Position numbers and translations under genes: made by a program. Under the pieces are notes generated by a model that was given only the letters and a program-made list of their open reading frames with translations, was not told where the DNA came from and did not search any database. A stretch of DNA of 64,000 nucleotides, taken from NCBI GenBank assembly GCA_963813715.1, contig CAWFAK010000009.1:384001-448000 (forward strand). Direction: 5' to 3'. Below, piece by piece: positions 1 to 10,856 of this stretch. The DNA comes from an uncultured Planctomycetaceae bacterium. Its GTDB lineage: Bacteria > Planctomycetota > Planctomycetia > Planctomycetales > Planctomycetaceae. Each line of letters starts with the position of its first letter. The first letter of the stretch is position 1.

Positions 1-1240
1 GTGTTCGGTCACGATCCGTTCGCGCAAATTCATCGGCGGCTTACCGAACTCGAGATCGATAGTGTTCCGGGGCTGCCCCCGTTCCATGGCGGTGCGGCCG
101 GTCTGTTGTCGTACGAGCTGGGGACCGCGTTCGAGCGGATTCCTCGCGCGAAGCACGATGAATTCCGGTTGCCGGACCTGGCCGTCGGACTTTACGACTG
201 GGTCATCGCCTGGGACCAACGTGAGCGTCGGGCGTGGATTGTGTCGCAAGGCTTTCCCGCGACCAGTCCCCCGGAGCGCGAACGACGAGCCCGGCAGCGT
301 CTCGACTTTGTGCGGAGTCGTTTGGCGTCTCCCGCTGCGGCCCGACCCGTCTCTTCTTCGGCCGCCGCTTTGCCCGTTCACGCTCTGGCACCCCAGTTTC
401 CGGCCCCCGGCCTCGATGGGCTGACCAGCAATTTTTCGCGCGAAGCCTACATCCGGGCCGTCGAGCGGACGATCGAGTGGATCTTCGCCGGCGACATCTT
501 TCAGGCGAACCTCTCGCAACGGTTGCTGTACCCGGCACACGTCGATCCGATCACGCTGGCCGGGAAACTGCGCTCGATGTAATCCGGCGCCCTTCGGCGG
601 CGTGTTTCTCTTCGACGACTGGGCCCTGGTCAGCGCTTCGCCCGAGCGATTCGTGCAGGTGCGGGGAGCGGAGGTCGAAACGCGGCCGATCAAGGGCACG
701 CGGCGGCGGCCGCCCACTCCCGAGGCGGACCTCTTCACGCGGGACGAGCTGCGAGAGAGCCAGAAGGACCAGGCGGAAAACGTGATGATCGTGGACCTCC
801 TGCGAAACGATCTCTCGCGAGTCTGTGCGCCCGGCTCGATCCGCGTGCCCCAACTCTGCAGCGTGGAAACGTACGAGACTGTCCAGCACCTCGTCTCCGA
901 AGTCCGCGGCCGACTGGAGGAGAAACGCACCGTCTGGGACTTGTGGCGGGCCGTGTTCCCGGGAGGATCGATCACCGGCGCGCCGAAAGTGCGGGCAATG
1001 GAGATCATCGCCGAATTGGAGCCGACGGTCCGCGGGCCGTATTGCGGGAGCCTGTTCTACGTCGGCTATGACGGCTCGTGCGACAGCAGCATCTTGATTC
1101 GCACGTTTGTCTGTCGGCGGGGGTGGATTGCCTGCGGTGTGGGGGGCGGCATCGTTGCCGATTCCGATCCGGCCGCCGAATATGAAGAGACGCTGCACAA
1201 AGCAGCCGGCATGCTGCGGGCACTGGGCCCGCTCAAGTGA
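1..1240 (+). CDS. pabB: Aminodeoxychorismate synthase component I / anthranilate synthase component I family; 5'-truncated by the window edge, apparent 1-nt insertion near 580
   Basis: ORFs 1..582 and 602..1240 join: [65 protein letters not shown]. Removing one base near 580 restores RSMNPAPFGG. Confidence 0.88.
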
Positions 1241-1246
1241 GCGGCG

Positions 1247-1915
1247 ATGATCCTGCTGATCGATAACTACGACAGCTTCGTCTACAACCTGGCGCGCTAT
1301 TTGCGCGAAATGGGCTGCTTGACGCAGGTCGTCCGCAACGACGCCTTGTCTCTGGACGACGTTCGGAAGCTGTCACCCCGGGCCATCGTCATTTCCCCCG
1401 GCCCCTGTAGCCCGGCAGAAGCCGGCATCTCGGTCGAGCTCGTGCAGGCGTTCGCCGATCGCATCCCCATTTTGGGCGTCTGTTTGGGACATCAAGCCAT
1501 CGGCGCCGCGCTCGGTGGCGAGGTCGCCCGCGCGCCCGCGCCGGTTCACGGGATACGCTGCCGCATCAACCACGACAGCACCGGACTGTTCGCCGACCTG
1601 CCAACACCGCTGTGGGCGGGCCGTTATCACTCGCTGTGCGTGGTCGAACAGAGTCTGCCCGAGTCGCTCCTTGTCACGGCCCGCAGCGATGATGGCGTGG
1701 TGATGGGGGTGGCCCACACGTCACTGCCAGTGTTCGGCGTGCAGTTTCACCCCGAATCGGTCCTGACGCAATCGGGCCACCAGCTGTTGTCGAATTTTCT
1801 GGCGGCGGCCGGCGTGCCGCACACGGTGCCGCCGATTGGCGATTATCAACCCGCGGCGGAACAGAGCGACGCCTATGTGATACCCGCGAACGCCGTGACC
1901 CCAATCACGTGGTGA
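1247..1915 (+). CDS. pabA: Glutamine amidotransferase, ADC/anthranilate synthase component II
   Basis: MILLIDNYDSFVYN, ISPGP, GVCLGHQ, RYHSL, QFHPES; starts 7 nt after component I. Confidence 0.92.
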   Translation: MILLIDNYDSFVYNLARYLREMGCLTQVVRNDALSLDDVRKLSPRAIVISPGPCSPAEAGISVELVQAFADRIPILGVCLGHQAIGAALGGEVARAPAPVHGIRCRINHDSTGLFADLPTPLWAGRYHSLCVVEQSLPESLLVTARSDDGVVMGVAHTSLPVFGVQFHPESVLTQSGHQLLSNFLAAAGVPHTVPPIGDYQPAAEQSDAYVIPANAVTPITW

Positions 1916-1922
1916 CTCGTCG

Positions 1923-2783
1923 TTAAATTGCCGGCGCGCCGACTGCGTGCGGCAGGCCCGTCTCGATGGTCGGAAAACGCCAGACGTCGCCCAGCTCGGA
2001 CTTCACTCGCGCGTTCGAGCAACGCTTGTTCAAACCGGCGGCCCGGCTCGCGTTTGCCTCGAACTGAAAGACCGGCTCGCTCGCGCCGACCAGCCGGGCG
2101 AGTAGCGAGTAATACTCCCGCCGCCGGACCGGGCGATCGTCCGTGACCAGGTAGGTGGGCTCAATCGTCTCGCGCCGAGCCAGTCGGTTGATAATGGCCG
2201 CGCCGTCGTCGACGTGGATCAGATTCAAGTAGCCGTCCGGGTTGGCATTAATCGGCTCGCCGCTCCGCACAGCTTCGATGCGACGCAGCAAGCGTCCCGG
2301 GCCATAGATGCCTGAAAAACGCAGGACCGTCGCGACTCCGACAGGGCACACTTGGCGCACGGTCGCCTCCGCGGCCAGCACGATCTGCCCGTCTTCGGTC
2401 TGTGGGGAAGTCGACGAGGTCTCGTCGACCACCTCGCCGGCGTCTTGCCCGTAGACGCTGGTGCTGGAGACGTAGAGCAACCGCCCGACGTTCGGGGTGA
2501 TCTGTTGTAGAACCTCGGACAGCCCCCGGACACAGACGTCTCGTTTGGATGCAGTCGCGTGACGATCGTAGCCGACGGCGTAGAGTGTGACGTCAGCCGA
2601 CGGAAGCGTCCGCAACGTCTCGGGAAGAAGCACGTCGCCGACAATCGGCTCGATTCCCTGCTCGGCCAAAGCCGCGGCGTTTGCCGGCGAGCGGGTGAGG
2701 GCGCTGACCTGCATTCCTTCGCGAAGCCAGAGTGCCGCGACGCGTCGACCCAGATACCCGCAGCCGATCACGAGGGCCCGCAT
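1923..2783 (-). CDS. NAD-dependent epimerase/dehydratase (atypical SDR)
   Basis: Start MRALVIGCGYLG at ATG 2783, which overlaps the upstream stop; YVSSTSVYG, LRFSGIYGPGR, NLIHVDD. Confidence 0.85.
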   Translation of the reverse strand: MRALVIGCGYLGRRVAALWLREGMQVSALTRSPANAAALAEQGIEPIVGDVLLPETLRTLPSADVTLYAVGYDRHATASKRDVCVRGLSEVLQQITPNVGRLLYVSSTSVYGQDAGEVVDETSSTSPQTEDGQIVLAAEATVRQVCPVGVATVLRFSGIYGPGRLLRRIEAVRSGEPINANPDGYLNLIHVDDGAAIINRLARRETIEPTYLVTDDRPVRRREYYSLLARLVGASEPVFQFEANASRAAGLNKRCSNARVKSELGDVWRFPTIETGLPHAVGAPAI

Positions 2784-3551
2784 CAGCGCCCCAACGGTTC
2801 GAGGAATTGCCGCGAGGCCTGCATCACGTATTGCTCCGCCCCGCCGAAGCCGATCGCCCGATAGCCTTCGTTCTGCGCCCATTTGGCCTCGTCGACGCTG
2901 CCGACGGGAAAACCGGCAGCGACGCCGTGCCGCTGGCAGGCGCGCAGTACCTTCTGCGCCGCCTCCAGCACGCGCGGATGTTGCCGCCGGCCGGGCACCT
3001 CGTAGGCCATCGCCAGGTCGCCGGTGCCGACCCAAAGCACGTCGATACCGCAGGGGGCGATTTCTTCGATGGCCTCCACCCCTTCGGGGTCTTCGATCAA
3101 GGCCAACAGCAGAACCGTGTCGTTGATCGTCGAGAAGTATTCGTCCAGCGGCACGCGCCCCCAGAATGTGCCGCGTCCCGGTCCGAAGCCGCGATTACCC
3201 AACGGCGGATAAAGGGCGGCCGAACGCAGCCGCTTCGCGTCGGCAGCGATTGCGGCAGTGCGGCAACAAGATGCCCTGCGCTCCAAGGTCGAGGGCGTGC
3301 ATCACCGCCTCGGGATCATCGTTGCGGAGCACGCGGACGATCGGCACCGTGTCGCCAGCAAAGCAGCCCTGCACCAGTCGATCGATGGTCGTGGCGTCGG
3401 CTGTGCCATGCTCGCCGTCGAGCAGCACGAAGTCAAAACCGGCGTAGCCGAGCAGCTCGCACAGCCCGGGCTCCGGCAAACGCACCGAGCTGGTCAGCAG
3501 AGTGTCGCCCGCGTTGAGGCGTTCCTTGGCCCGATTGCGACGAACTTGCAC
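2783..3551 (-). CDS. HpcH/HpaI class II aldolase family; frameshift near 3230-3260
   Basis: ORF 3195..3551 has GFDFVLLDGEHG and ALDLGAQGILLPH; ORF 2783..3286 has YPPLGNRGFG, IEDPEGV, WVGTGDL. Confidence 0.85.
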
Positions 3552-3589
3552 GTTTCTCGAACTCCGTTTGCTGCGGTCGCGTTTGACGG

Positions 3590-4102
3590 CTATCGAGTCT
3601 GGTTGATGGCGGGTGCCAACTCGCCCGCGGCGTGCAAAACCGTTTCCAATCCACTCACGAGCCGCTCGACGACCGGACCCTCGGGCGGCACCTGCCGAAT
3701 AATCTGGACGTGTCCGCTGGCGAGCGTCTCGTGCAGCTCTCGAACCCGACTCAACATTGCCTGGCGAAAATCTGCAAGCTCCGCCGGATCCAGATCATGC
3801 CGGAGCAGCACCGCAGCGTCCGGCTCATCCTCGCGAGTGAGCTGTGCCAGCCCGCCACCTTGCGTGCGAAAGAGCCGACCATCGACGACGGCCCGCCGCA
3901 AACGACCCTGGTCATCGAACTGGTAGTAGGGATCGTCACCCCAATAGACTGTCAGGAAGCCATTCGGGCGGAAACCGGCGACGATCGTTGGTGAGCCAGC
4001 CGGCGTTAGCAGCTCGACCCGTTCGGTGAGCGCAACGGCCTCCCGCATCGGGTCTCCGGAATTCGCGTTTCGATCTCGGGGATTTGCGTGGTCGCGGCGC
4101 AT
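3590..4102 (-). CDS. Conserved hypothetical protein; start uncertain
   Basis: 170-aa ORF with protein-like composition (MREAVALTERVEL, DPYYQFDDQGRLRRA), co-oriented with the aldolase. Confidence 0.65.
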   Translation of the reverse strand: MRRDHANPRDRNANSGDPMREAVALTERVELLTPAGSPTIVAGFRPNGFLTVYWGDDPYYQFDDQGRLRRAVVDGRLFRTQGGGLAQLTREDEPDAAVLLRHDLDPAELADFRQAMLSRVRELHETLASGHVQIIRQVPPEGPVVERLVSGLETVLHAAGELAPAINQTR

Positions 4103-4502
4103 CGTTCCGAAATTTTAGTACCAGTGTCGGCAGAATCCCACGAATCGCCGGAATCCCCGACGCGAGCAGGGTTCCCTGTTGACAAACGTATCGCCTTACT
4201 TCACCTTGTTCGATTACCGGCGGCCTTTCGTGGCCGAGAAGGCTGGGTCTGGAATACGGCCCCAGCCGGAATACAGTCGCCGAACCGTCGTTTCTGACGG
4301 CCGTTCGATCACTAAATCTTGCAGGGATAGTCATTTACAGAAATTCTGGCCTCGCCGGCTTTACCGGTACGGCGGCCCAAAAGATGCTCGGTAAATGACG
4401 GGCGGAACAAGACCGCTGCGGGCCAATCATCGCGGGATGACTTACAATGGAGGGTGCGTCGGCTAAGGGGAAGAGCCTCGCTGCGCCACGCGGAGTTCGT
4501 GA

Positions 4503-5666
4503 ATGTCGACCGCCATGTGGAAGCCCGCCGGTCCAATGTCCTCAGCGGAATTTCAAACCGTTGATTCGGACCGGCTTGCCGATATCCAGCACAAACACGC
4601 TGCGGTCAAGCAGCTCTTGGCGGCGCGGCAGCTCGACGCCATCCTGCTGCAGCGCCCGCTGAACTTTGCCTGGTTCACTTCCGGCGGCGACTGTTCGCGC
4701 GGCGGATCGTCCGACGCGTCGGCGGCTCTTTTCGTTACGCCCGAAGCGCGGGTCGTGGTCACCAGCAACGCCGAGTCGGCCCAGTTGTTCGATCGCGAGT
4801 TGCAGGGACTCGGCTTCCAGCTCAAGGAACGTCCCTGGCACGAGCCGCGAACCACCTTGATGGACGATTTGTGCCGCGGTCGCAACGTCGCCAGCGACGC
4901 ACGGTTCAACGGCACTCCCGATATCAGCACACCGCTCAAGCCGTTGCGGATGCCGCTGACCTCGATCGAGTGTCGCAAGCTTCGCGAATTGGGACCGGCG
5001 CTGGCGCACGCAGTCGAAGCCACGTGCCGCAACTGCGACGTCGGGCAAAGTGAATGCGATATCGCCGGCGAAGTCGCGCACCGCATGATCCGCCATCAGA
5101 TTTATCCCGAGCGGATCCAGGTGTGCGCCGACGGACGAGCCGGCACGTATCCGCACTGGACGTTCGGTTCCGAAACGGTGCAGCGCTCGGTGGCCGTTAC
5201 GGCGATCGGCCGCAGGGCCGGGTTGTGCCTGGGCGTTTCGCGCACGGTCTCCTTCGGCGCACCCCCGACCGAACTGCAGAACGATCACCACAAGGCCTCG
5301 CTGATTCAAGCCAGCGGCATGTTCTTCACGCAGGCGAATTTCGCCATGTTCGAGATCTGGAACCGCGTCGCGAGAATCTACGAAAAGTTCAAGTGCGACG
5401 ATTCGTGGGAGCGGACCGAGCAGGCCGAGGTCATCGGCTATGAACTGGCCGAATATCCGCTCGTGCCCCGCAGCGAATTCCAGATCACGCCGCGGATGCC
5501 CGTCTATTGGCACCCGGCCGTCGGCGCGGCAATGTCCGGCGATTCGATTCTGGTCGGCGAAGGCGAGTTCGAGGTGCTCACCCCGGCCGAAGGCTGGCCC
5601 AAGGTCAAAGTGGTCGTCAAAGGGACCACGATCTATCGGCCGGACATCCTCGTGCGGACGTCGTAG
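4503..5666 (+). CDS. M24 peptidase / creatinase-fold protein, apparently lacking the metal ligands
   Basis: Creatinase_N-like N-terminus (LDAILL..NFAWFTSG) and pita-bread-fold C-terminus (VGQSECDIAG, SRTVSFG, GDSILV..FEVLT). Confidence 0.75.
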   Translation: MSTAMWKPAGPMSSAEFQTVDSDRLADIQHKHAAVKQLLAARQLDAILLQRPLNFAWFTSGGDCSRGGSSDASAALFVTPEARVVVTSNAESAQLFDRELQGLGFQLKERPWHEPRTTLMDDLCRGRNVASDARFNGTPDISTPLKPLRMPLTSIECRKLRELGPALAHAVEATCRNCDVGQSECDIAGEVAHRMIRHQIYPERIQVCADGRAGTYPHWTFGSETVQRSVAVTAIGRRAGLCLGVSRTVSFGAPPTELQNDHHKASLIQASGMFFTQANFAMFEIWNRVARIYEKFKCDDSWERTEQAEVIGYELAEYPLVPRSEFQITPRMPVYWHPAVGAAMSGDSILVGEGEFEVLTPAEGWPKVKVVVKGTTIYRPDILVRTS

Positions 5667-5691
5667 GCATCAGAGCTCGGAAGCCTGGCGC

Positions 5692-6696
5692 TCAAACGAC
5701 TTTGGCGTTGATCCAGGGCATCATCGCCCGCAGCTCTTTGCCGACCTTTTCGATCTGGTGCTCGCGGTCGCGGCGGCGCATGGCCTGGAAGGTCGGCTGA
5801 TTTGCCTTGTTTTCGAGGATCCACTCCTTCGCGAATTGGCCGGATTGGATCTCGTGCAGGATCTTCTTCATTTCCTGCTTGGTCTCTTCGGTGACGATCC
5901 GCGGACCGCGGGTGTAGTCGCCGAACTCAGCCGTGTTGGAGACGCTGTACCGCATGTAGTTGAGGCCGCCCTGATAGAATAGGTCGACGATCAGCTTCAA
6001 TTCATGCATGCACTCGAAGAAGGCCATCTCCGGCTGATAACCGGCCTCGACGAGCGTCTCGAAGGCCGCCTTCACGAGCGCGCTCACGCCGCCGCAGAGC
6101 ACGCACTGCTCGCCGAATAGATCGGTCTCGGTTTCCTCAGCGAAAGTCGTTTCGATGACGCCGCCGCGCGTGCCGCCGATTCCCTTGGCGTAGGCTAAGC
6201 CCAATTTGCGGGCTTGGTCCGAAGCCCCCTTGCCCAGCGCGATCAGGCAGGGAACGCCGCCACCTTTGACGTACTCACTGCGAACGAGGTGCCCTGGCCC
6301 TTTGGGCGCGACGAGTGCCGAATCGACGCCTTCCGGCGGAATGACCTGGCCGAAATGGATGTTGAAGCCGTGCGAGCACAACAGCAGGTTGCCCTTCTGC
6401 AGGTTCGGGCGAATCTCGGCACGGAACAGGTCGCCCTGCACTTCGTCGGGCAGCAGGATGTTGACGATGTCGGCAGCCTTGGTCGCCTCGGCCAGTGACG
6501 CCGGTTGGAAGCCATGAGAGACGGCAAGTTCGTAGTTCGCGCTGCCCGGGCGCTGACCGATGATCACCTTGCAACCGCTGTCGCGGAGATTCTGCGCCTG
6601 AGCATGTCCCTGGCTACCGTAGCCCAAAATGGCAATCGTCTTGTTCTTGAGCAGCGACAGGTCGGCATCGTCTTCGTAATAGATTTTGGCGGGCAT
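5692..6696 (-). CDS. ilvC: Ketol-acid reductoisomerase
   Basis: [49 protein letters not shown]. Confidence 0.97.
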   Translation of the reverse strand: MPAKIYYEDDADLSLLKNKTIAILGYGSQGHAQAQNLRDSGCKVIIGQRPGSANYELAVSHGFQPASLAEATKAADIVNILLPDEVQGDLFRAEIRPNLQKGNLLLCSHGFNIHFGQVIPPEGVDSALVAPKGPGHLVRSEYVKGGGVPCLIALGKGASDQARKLGLAYAKGIGGTRGGVIETTFAEETETDLFGEQCVLCGGVSALVKAAFETLVEAGYQPEMAFFECMHELKLIVDLFYQGGLNYMRYSVSNTAEFGDYTRGPRIVTEETKQEMKKILHEIQSGQFAKEWILENKANQPTFQAMRRRDREHQIEKVGKELRAMMPWINAKVV

Positions 6697-6756
6697 AATC
6701 GTGCCTCTGTGTGGAGGAATTGACTGCTTTTGAGGAGGGGCGAGACCGCTCGACGA

Positions 6757-7311
6757 TCAGGCGGACTCGGGCCGCTCGGCCGATTCGGGAGTCTCGACCC
6801 CCGGTCGCTCGCCGACGGGGCCGTCGACGGTAAAGGCCGCGTCGCGGAGCATGGCGATTCGGCCCGTGCGGACCATTTCCAAAATTCCGAACGGACGCAT
6901 CTGCTCGATGAACGCCTCGATCTTGCTCTCGCGGCCGGAAATTTCGACCATCACGTGCTCGGGGCTGACGTCGACGATGCGGGCCCGGAAGATCTCGCTC
7001 AGCTCCTTGATCTGCGAGCGGCTGCCGTCCTTGCTGCTGATTTTCATCAACATCAAGTCGCGCTCGACGTAATCCTTCGCGGAAAAGTCGAGCACCTTGA
7101 CGACCGTGACGATCTTCTCGAGCTGCTTGCGCACCTGGTCGAGGACCCGGTCGTTGCCGTTGACGACGAACGTGATCCGGGAAAAGCTCGGGTTTTCGGT
7201 CGCGCCGACCGCCAGGCTGTCGATGTTGAAGGCCCGAGACGCCAGCATCTGAGAAATGTGGGCCAGGACCCCGGGCTGATTCATGACCAGCGCCGAGAGA
7301 ACGTGTCGCAT
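6757..7311 (-). CDS. ilvN: Acetolactate synthase small (regulatory) subunit
   Basis: ACT domain MRHVLSALVMNQPGVL..FNIDSLAVG, QVRKQLEK, EMVRTG; directly upstream of ilvC. Confidence 0.95.
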   Translation of the reverse strand: MRHVLSALVMNQPGVLAHISQMLASRAFNIDSLAVGATENPSFSRITFVVNGNDRVLDQVRKQLEKIVTVVKVLDFSAKDYVERDLMLMKISSKDGSRSQIKELSEIFRARIVDVSPEHVMVEISGRESKIEAFIEQMRPFGILEMVRTGRIAMLRDAAFTVDGPVGERPGVETPESAERPESA

Positions 7312-7468
7312 AAAAAGCCTTCACCACTAACGGATTGACGGCCGACCCCCGGCCCGCGCCGCCTCGAAAGGGCAAGTTTAGAGGAGCCGCCGAGCCTTCA
7401 CAACCAAATGGCTCGAATCGGCTTGCGCGAGATGAAATCCGCGCGGGGGGCTGTTATCTTCTCACGAA

Positions 7469-7855
7469 ATGAACTGGTTTCGACACGCCTTTGCGCTCGA
7501 TCCCCCTGGCCCCCTCGAACCGACCGTCGAGGAACGGGAGGTGGTCGAGCGGCTTTGTCGAATTCTGGCTCGGCGGCGGATGCAGACCCCCGCGATCACT
7601 TTTTTGGAAATGTCGCGACCGCTCAACCGGGTTGCGGCGCAGGTCCTGTATTTCTTTCACCCCGTCGCCTCGCTTGCGCTGACAGGTGACGACTACAACC
7701 GGTTCGCGCAATTCCTCGAAAAGTCCGGCTCGATCGACTATTTGTGCCGGCGACTCGAGGACCTGTCCGCGAAGGCCGACGCTCGCACGACGACCTCTCT
7801 CCCCGAGCCGTCGCCCGTCGAGGACAATTCGGCCGCCGCTCCGCCGCGCGAATGA
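7469..7855 (+). CDS. Small hypothetical protein, first gene of the GlmL-like operon
   Basis: 128-aa ORF (RRRMQTPAITFLEMSRPLN) ending 10 nt before the GlmL-like start. Confidence 0.7.
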   Translation: MNWFRHAFALDPPGPLEPTVEEREVVERLCRILARRRMQTPAITFLEMSRPLNRVAAQVLYFFHPVASLALTGDDYNRFAQFLEKSGSIDYLCRRLEDLSAKADARTTTSLPEPSPVEDNSAAAPPRE

Positions 7856-7864
7856 CGCAAGCCG

Positions 7865-9668
7865 ATGGATCTCGACAAAATCAACGTCATCTTCGCGACC
7901 GACTGCGGTAGCACCACCACCAAAGCCATCCTCATCGAGAAGGTGGGCGACGGCTACCGCCAAACGTACCGCGGCGAAGCCCCCACCACCGTCGAGGAGC
8001 CGGTCGCCGACGTGACTGTCGGCGTGATCAATGCGGCGACCGAGGTGGGCGAGCTGGCCGGCCGGCGGCTGGTGAACGAGCAGGGAGAGTTGATCCGTCC
8101 GGCCCGCGGCAACGAGGGCTGCGACATCTACATCTCGACATCGAGCGCCGGCGGCGGCCTGCAGATGATGGTCGCCGGCATCGTTCGCGAAATGACCGCG
8201 GCCAGCGCCAAGCGGGCCGCGCTCGGGGCCGGGGCCATCGTCATGGACGTGATCGCCGCCAACGACAAGCGGCTCCCCCACGAGCAAATTCAGCGCATCC
8301 GCGAGCTGCGGCCCGACATGATTCTGCTCTCGGGCGGCACCGACGGTGGCAACACGGCCAAAGTGGTCGAAATCGCCGAACGGATTGCCCCGGCCCGACC
8401 GCGGCCGCGGTTCGGCACGAATTACCAGATGCCGTTGATCTACGCCGGCAATCAGGACGCGAGCGAACTCGTCCGCGACGCGCTGGGCGATAGCGTCGAG
8501 CTCTTCGTAGTCCCCAACCTGCGACCAGTGCTCGAGCGCGAAAACCTGGGGCCCGCGCGCGACCGCATTCACGATATCTTTCTCGAACACGTGATGGCCC
8601 ACGCCCCCGGCTACGACAAGCTGATTCGCTGGGCGGACGCACCCATCATGCCGACGCCCGGCGCCGTGGGCGACATTCTGCAGATGATCGCCAAGAAGGA
8701 AGGGATCAACGCGGTCGGCGTCGACATCGGCGGGGCGACCACCGACGTCTTCAGCGTCTTCTCCGGGCACGTTCAACCGCACCGTGAGCGCCAACCTGGG
8801 GATGAGCTATTCGATCTCCAACGTCTGCGCCGAAACCGGGATGGCCAACATTCTGCGGTGGGTGCACGTCGACATGAACGAGCGCACGCTCCGCAACCGG
8901 GTCAAGAACAAGATGATCCGGCCGACCACCATTCCGCAGACGCTCGAGGCGCTTATCTTCGAGCAGGCAGTCTCACGCGAGGCGCTGCGGCTGGCGTACG
9001 CACAGCACAAGGAATTCGCGACGACGCTCAAGGGCGTGCAGCAGCAGCGGACGGTCGGCGATCTGTTCAGCCAGGGGGGAGCCGGGCAGTCGATCGTCGA
9101 CAACATGGCGCTCGACCTGTTGGTGGCCTCTGGCGGCGTTCTCTCCCACGCCCCACGGATGGAACAAACGGCCGCCATGTTGATCGACGCCTTCGAACCG
9201 GAAGGCATCACCACGCTCGCCAAGGACAGCATCTTCATGATGCCCCACCTGGGAGTGCTCGCGCAGGTTCATCCGCAGGCCGCGCTCGAGGTCTTCGAGC
9301 GCGATTGCCTGGTTTACTTGGGAACGTGCGTCGCTCCGAAGGGGAACGCCTCGCCCGAAAAGAAGTGCTTCGACTATCGGCTGACCGGCCCCGGACTGAA
9401 CGAAAAAGGCGAGATCCGCGTGGGCGAAATGCGGAAGATTCCCCTGGAAGCGGGAAAGCAGGCGACGATCGTCGTCGAACCGGCCCGCGGCTTCGATTGC
9501 GGAGCCGGGCCGGGCAAGCCGGTCGAACGAGAAATTCGCGGCGGTACCGTCGGCGTCATTCTCGATGGCCGCGGTCGCCCGCTCAAATTGCCGGAACAGG
9601 AATCCGAACGACGGCAACTGCTCGGCCAATGGGTCCGAGCCCTCGATCTGTATCCCCGAGGCAGTTGA
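7865..9668 (+). CDS. Glutamate mutase L (GlmL/MutL)-family ASKHA ATPase; 1-nt insertion in GGG at 8765-8767
   Basis: Phosphate-1 motif ATDCGSTTTKA, SSAGGGL, LLSGGTDGG, MPTPGAV, phosphate-2 motif VDIGGATTDVFS. Continues in ORF 8784..9668 (RTVSANLGMSYS, VASGGVLSH, ILDGRGRP). About 600 aa when joined. Confidence 0.85.
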
Positions 9669-9683
9669 AGAAGCCTTCCACGC

Positions 9684-10808
9684 ATGGCTACGTATACGCC
9701 CGGTCTCAAAGTCGTCGGCCAGATTCGGCACAGGGTCCGCCGCATCCTGCCGATTGCCGGCAACGTGCTCGTGAAGGAGGGTGACCACGTCAATGCCGAG
9801 CAGGTCGTGGCCGAAACGTTCATGCCGGGGGACGTGACGCCGATCAATCTGTCGAACGTCCTCTCGATCACGGCCAGTGAAGTGAAAGGCAGCCTGCTCA
9901 AGGCGGAAGGTGAGCGGGTCGAGCCGGGCGAGGTTCTGGCACGCACCAATGGCATCTTCGGCCTCTTCAAAAACGAATACCGGACCAAGGTGGGAGGGAC
10001 GATCGAATCGGCCTCGGCCGTCACGGGGCAGGTGATCCTTCGCGGCAAGCCGATTCCCGTGCAGGTTCGCGCCTATCTGAGCGGGACCGTCGTCGAGGTC
10101 TTGCCCAACGAAGGTGTCGTCGTTGAGGCAGACGTTTCGCTGATCCAGGGGATTTTTGGCGTCGGGGGCGAAGCCTTCGGACCGCTCGCGCTGTCCTGCC
10201 GCGAGCCGAGCGAACGGCTCGATGCCGGGCAAATCACCGCCGAACACAAAGGCAAGATCGTCATTGGCGGCGGACGGATGACAGGCGCCGCCGTCCGTCA
10301 GGCCGTGAAAGTCGGTGCCGCAGCGCTCGTTTCCGGCGGCATCGACGACCAGGATCTCAAGGAGATTCTGGGCTACGACCTGGGCGTGGCCGTCACTGGC
10401 TCCGAGAAGATCGGCCTGACCCTGATCGTGACCGAAGGCTTTGGCGAGATCGCAATGGCCGAGCGGACGTTTCGCCTGCTGGCCTCGCGGAACGGTGCGC
10501 CGGCGGCCGTCAGCGGAGCCACGCAAATTCGCGCGGGCGTGCTGCGACCGGAAATCGCCATTCCGATTCAAAATGCAGGGGCGGCTGCGGTGCGCGACGA
10601 GGCGGCACTCGACTCGACGCTGCGGGTCGGGGCCAACGTGCGAATCATCCGCGATCCGCATTTCGGCGTGATCGGCAAGGTCGCCGCATTGCCTCACGAG
10701 CTGACGACGCTCGAGTCGGGATCCAAGGCGCGCGTGCTGGAAGTGGCCGTCGACGGGGCACAGCGGATCATCGTGCCACGTGCCAACGTAGAGCTGATTG
10801 AAACCTGA
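9684..10808 (+). CDS. Conserved hypothetical protein with barrel-sandwich-hybrid-like N-terminus and KOW/SH3-like C-terminus
   Basis: Half-lipoyl-like repeats GNVLVKEGDHV and LLKAEGERVEPGEVLA; C-terminal LRVGANVRIIRDPHFGVIGKV..VPRANVE; no TM segment seen. Confidence 0.75.
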   Translation: MATYTPGLKVVGQIRHRVRRILPIAGNVLVKEGDHVNAEQVVAETFMPGDVTPINLSNVLSITASEVKGSLLKAEGERVEPGEVLARTNGIFGLFKNEYRTKVGGTIESASAVTGQVILRGKPIPVQVRAYLSGTVVEVLPNEGVVVEADVSLIQGIFGVGGEAFGPLALSCREPSERLDAGQITAEHKGKIVIGGGRMTGAAVRQAVKVGAAALVSGGIDDQDLKEILGYDLGVAVTGSEKIGLTLIVTEGFGEIAMAERTFRLLASRNGAPAAVSGATQIRAGVLRPEIAIPIQNAGAAAVRDEAALDSTLRVGANVRIIRDPHFGVIGKVAALPHELTTLESGSKARVLEVAVDGAQRIIVPRANVELIET

Positions 10809-10856
10809 CTGATCGAGATCTGACTGACCGAGATCTGACGGGGCGAGAACCACGAT

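Noticed and set aside
7865..9668. DNA mismatch-repair MutL or a glutamate fermentation locus
   Set aside because: The motifs are ASKHA-type, not GHKL, and no glutamate mutase or methylaspartase genes are present.
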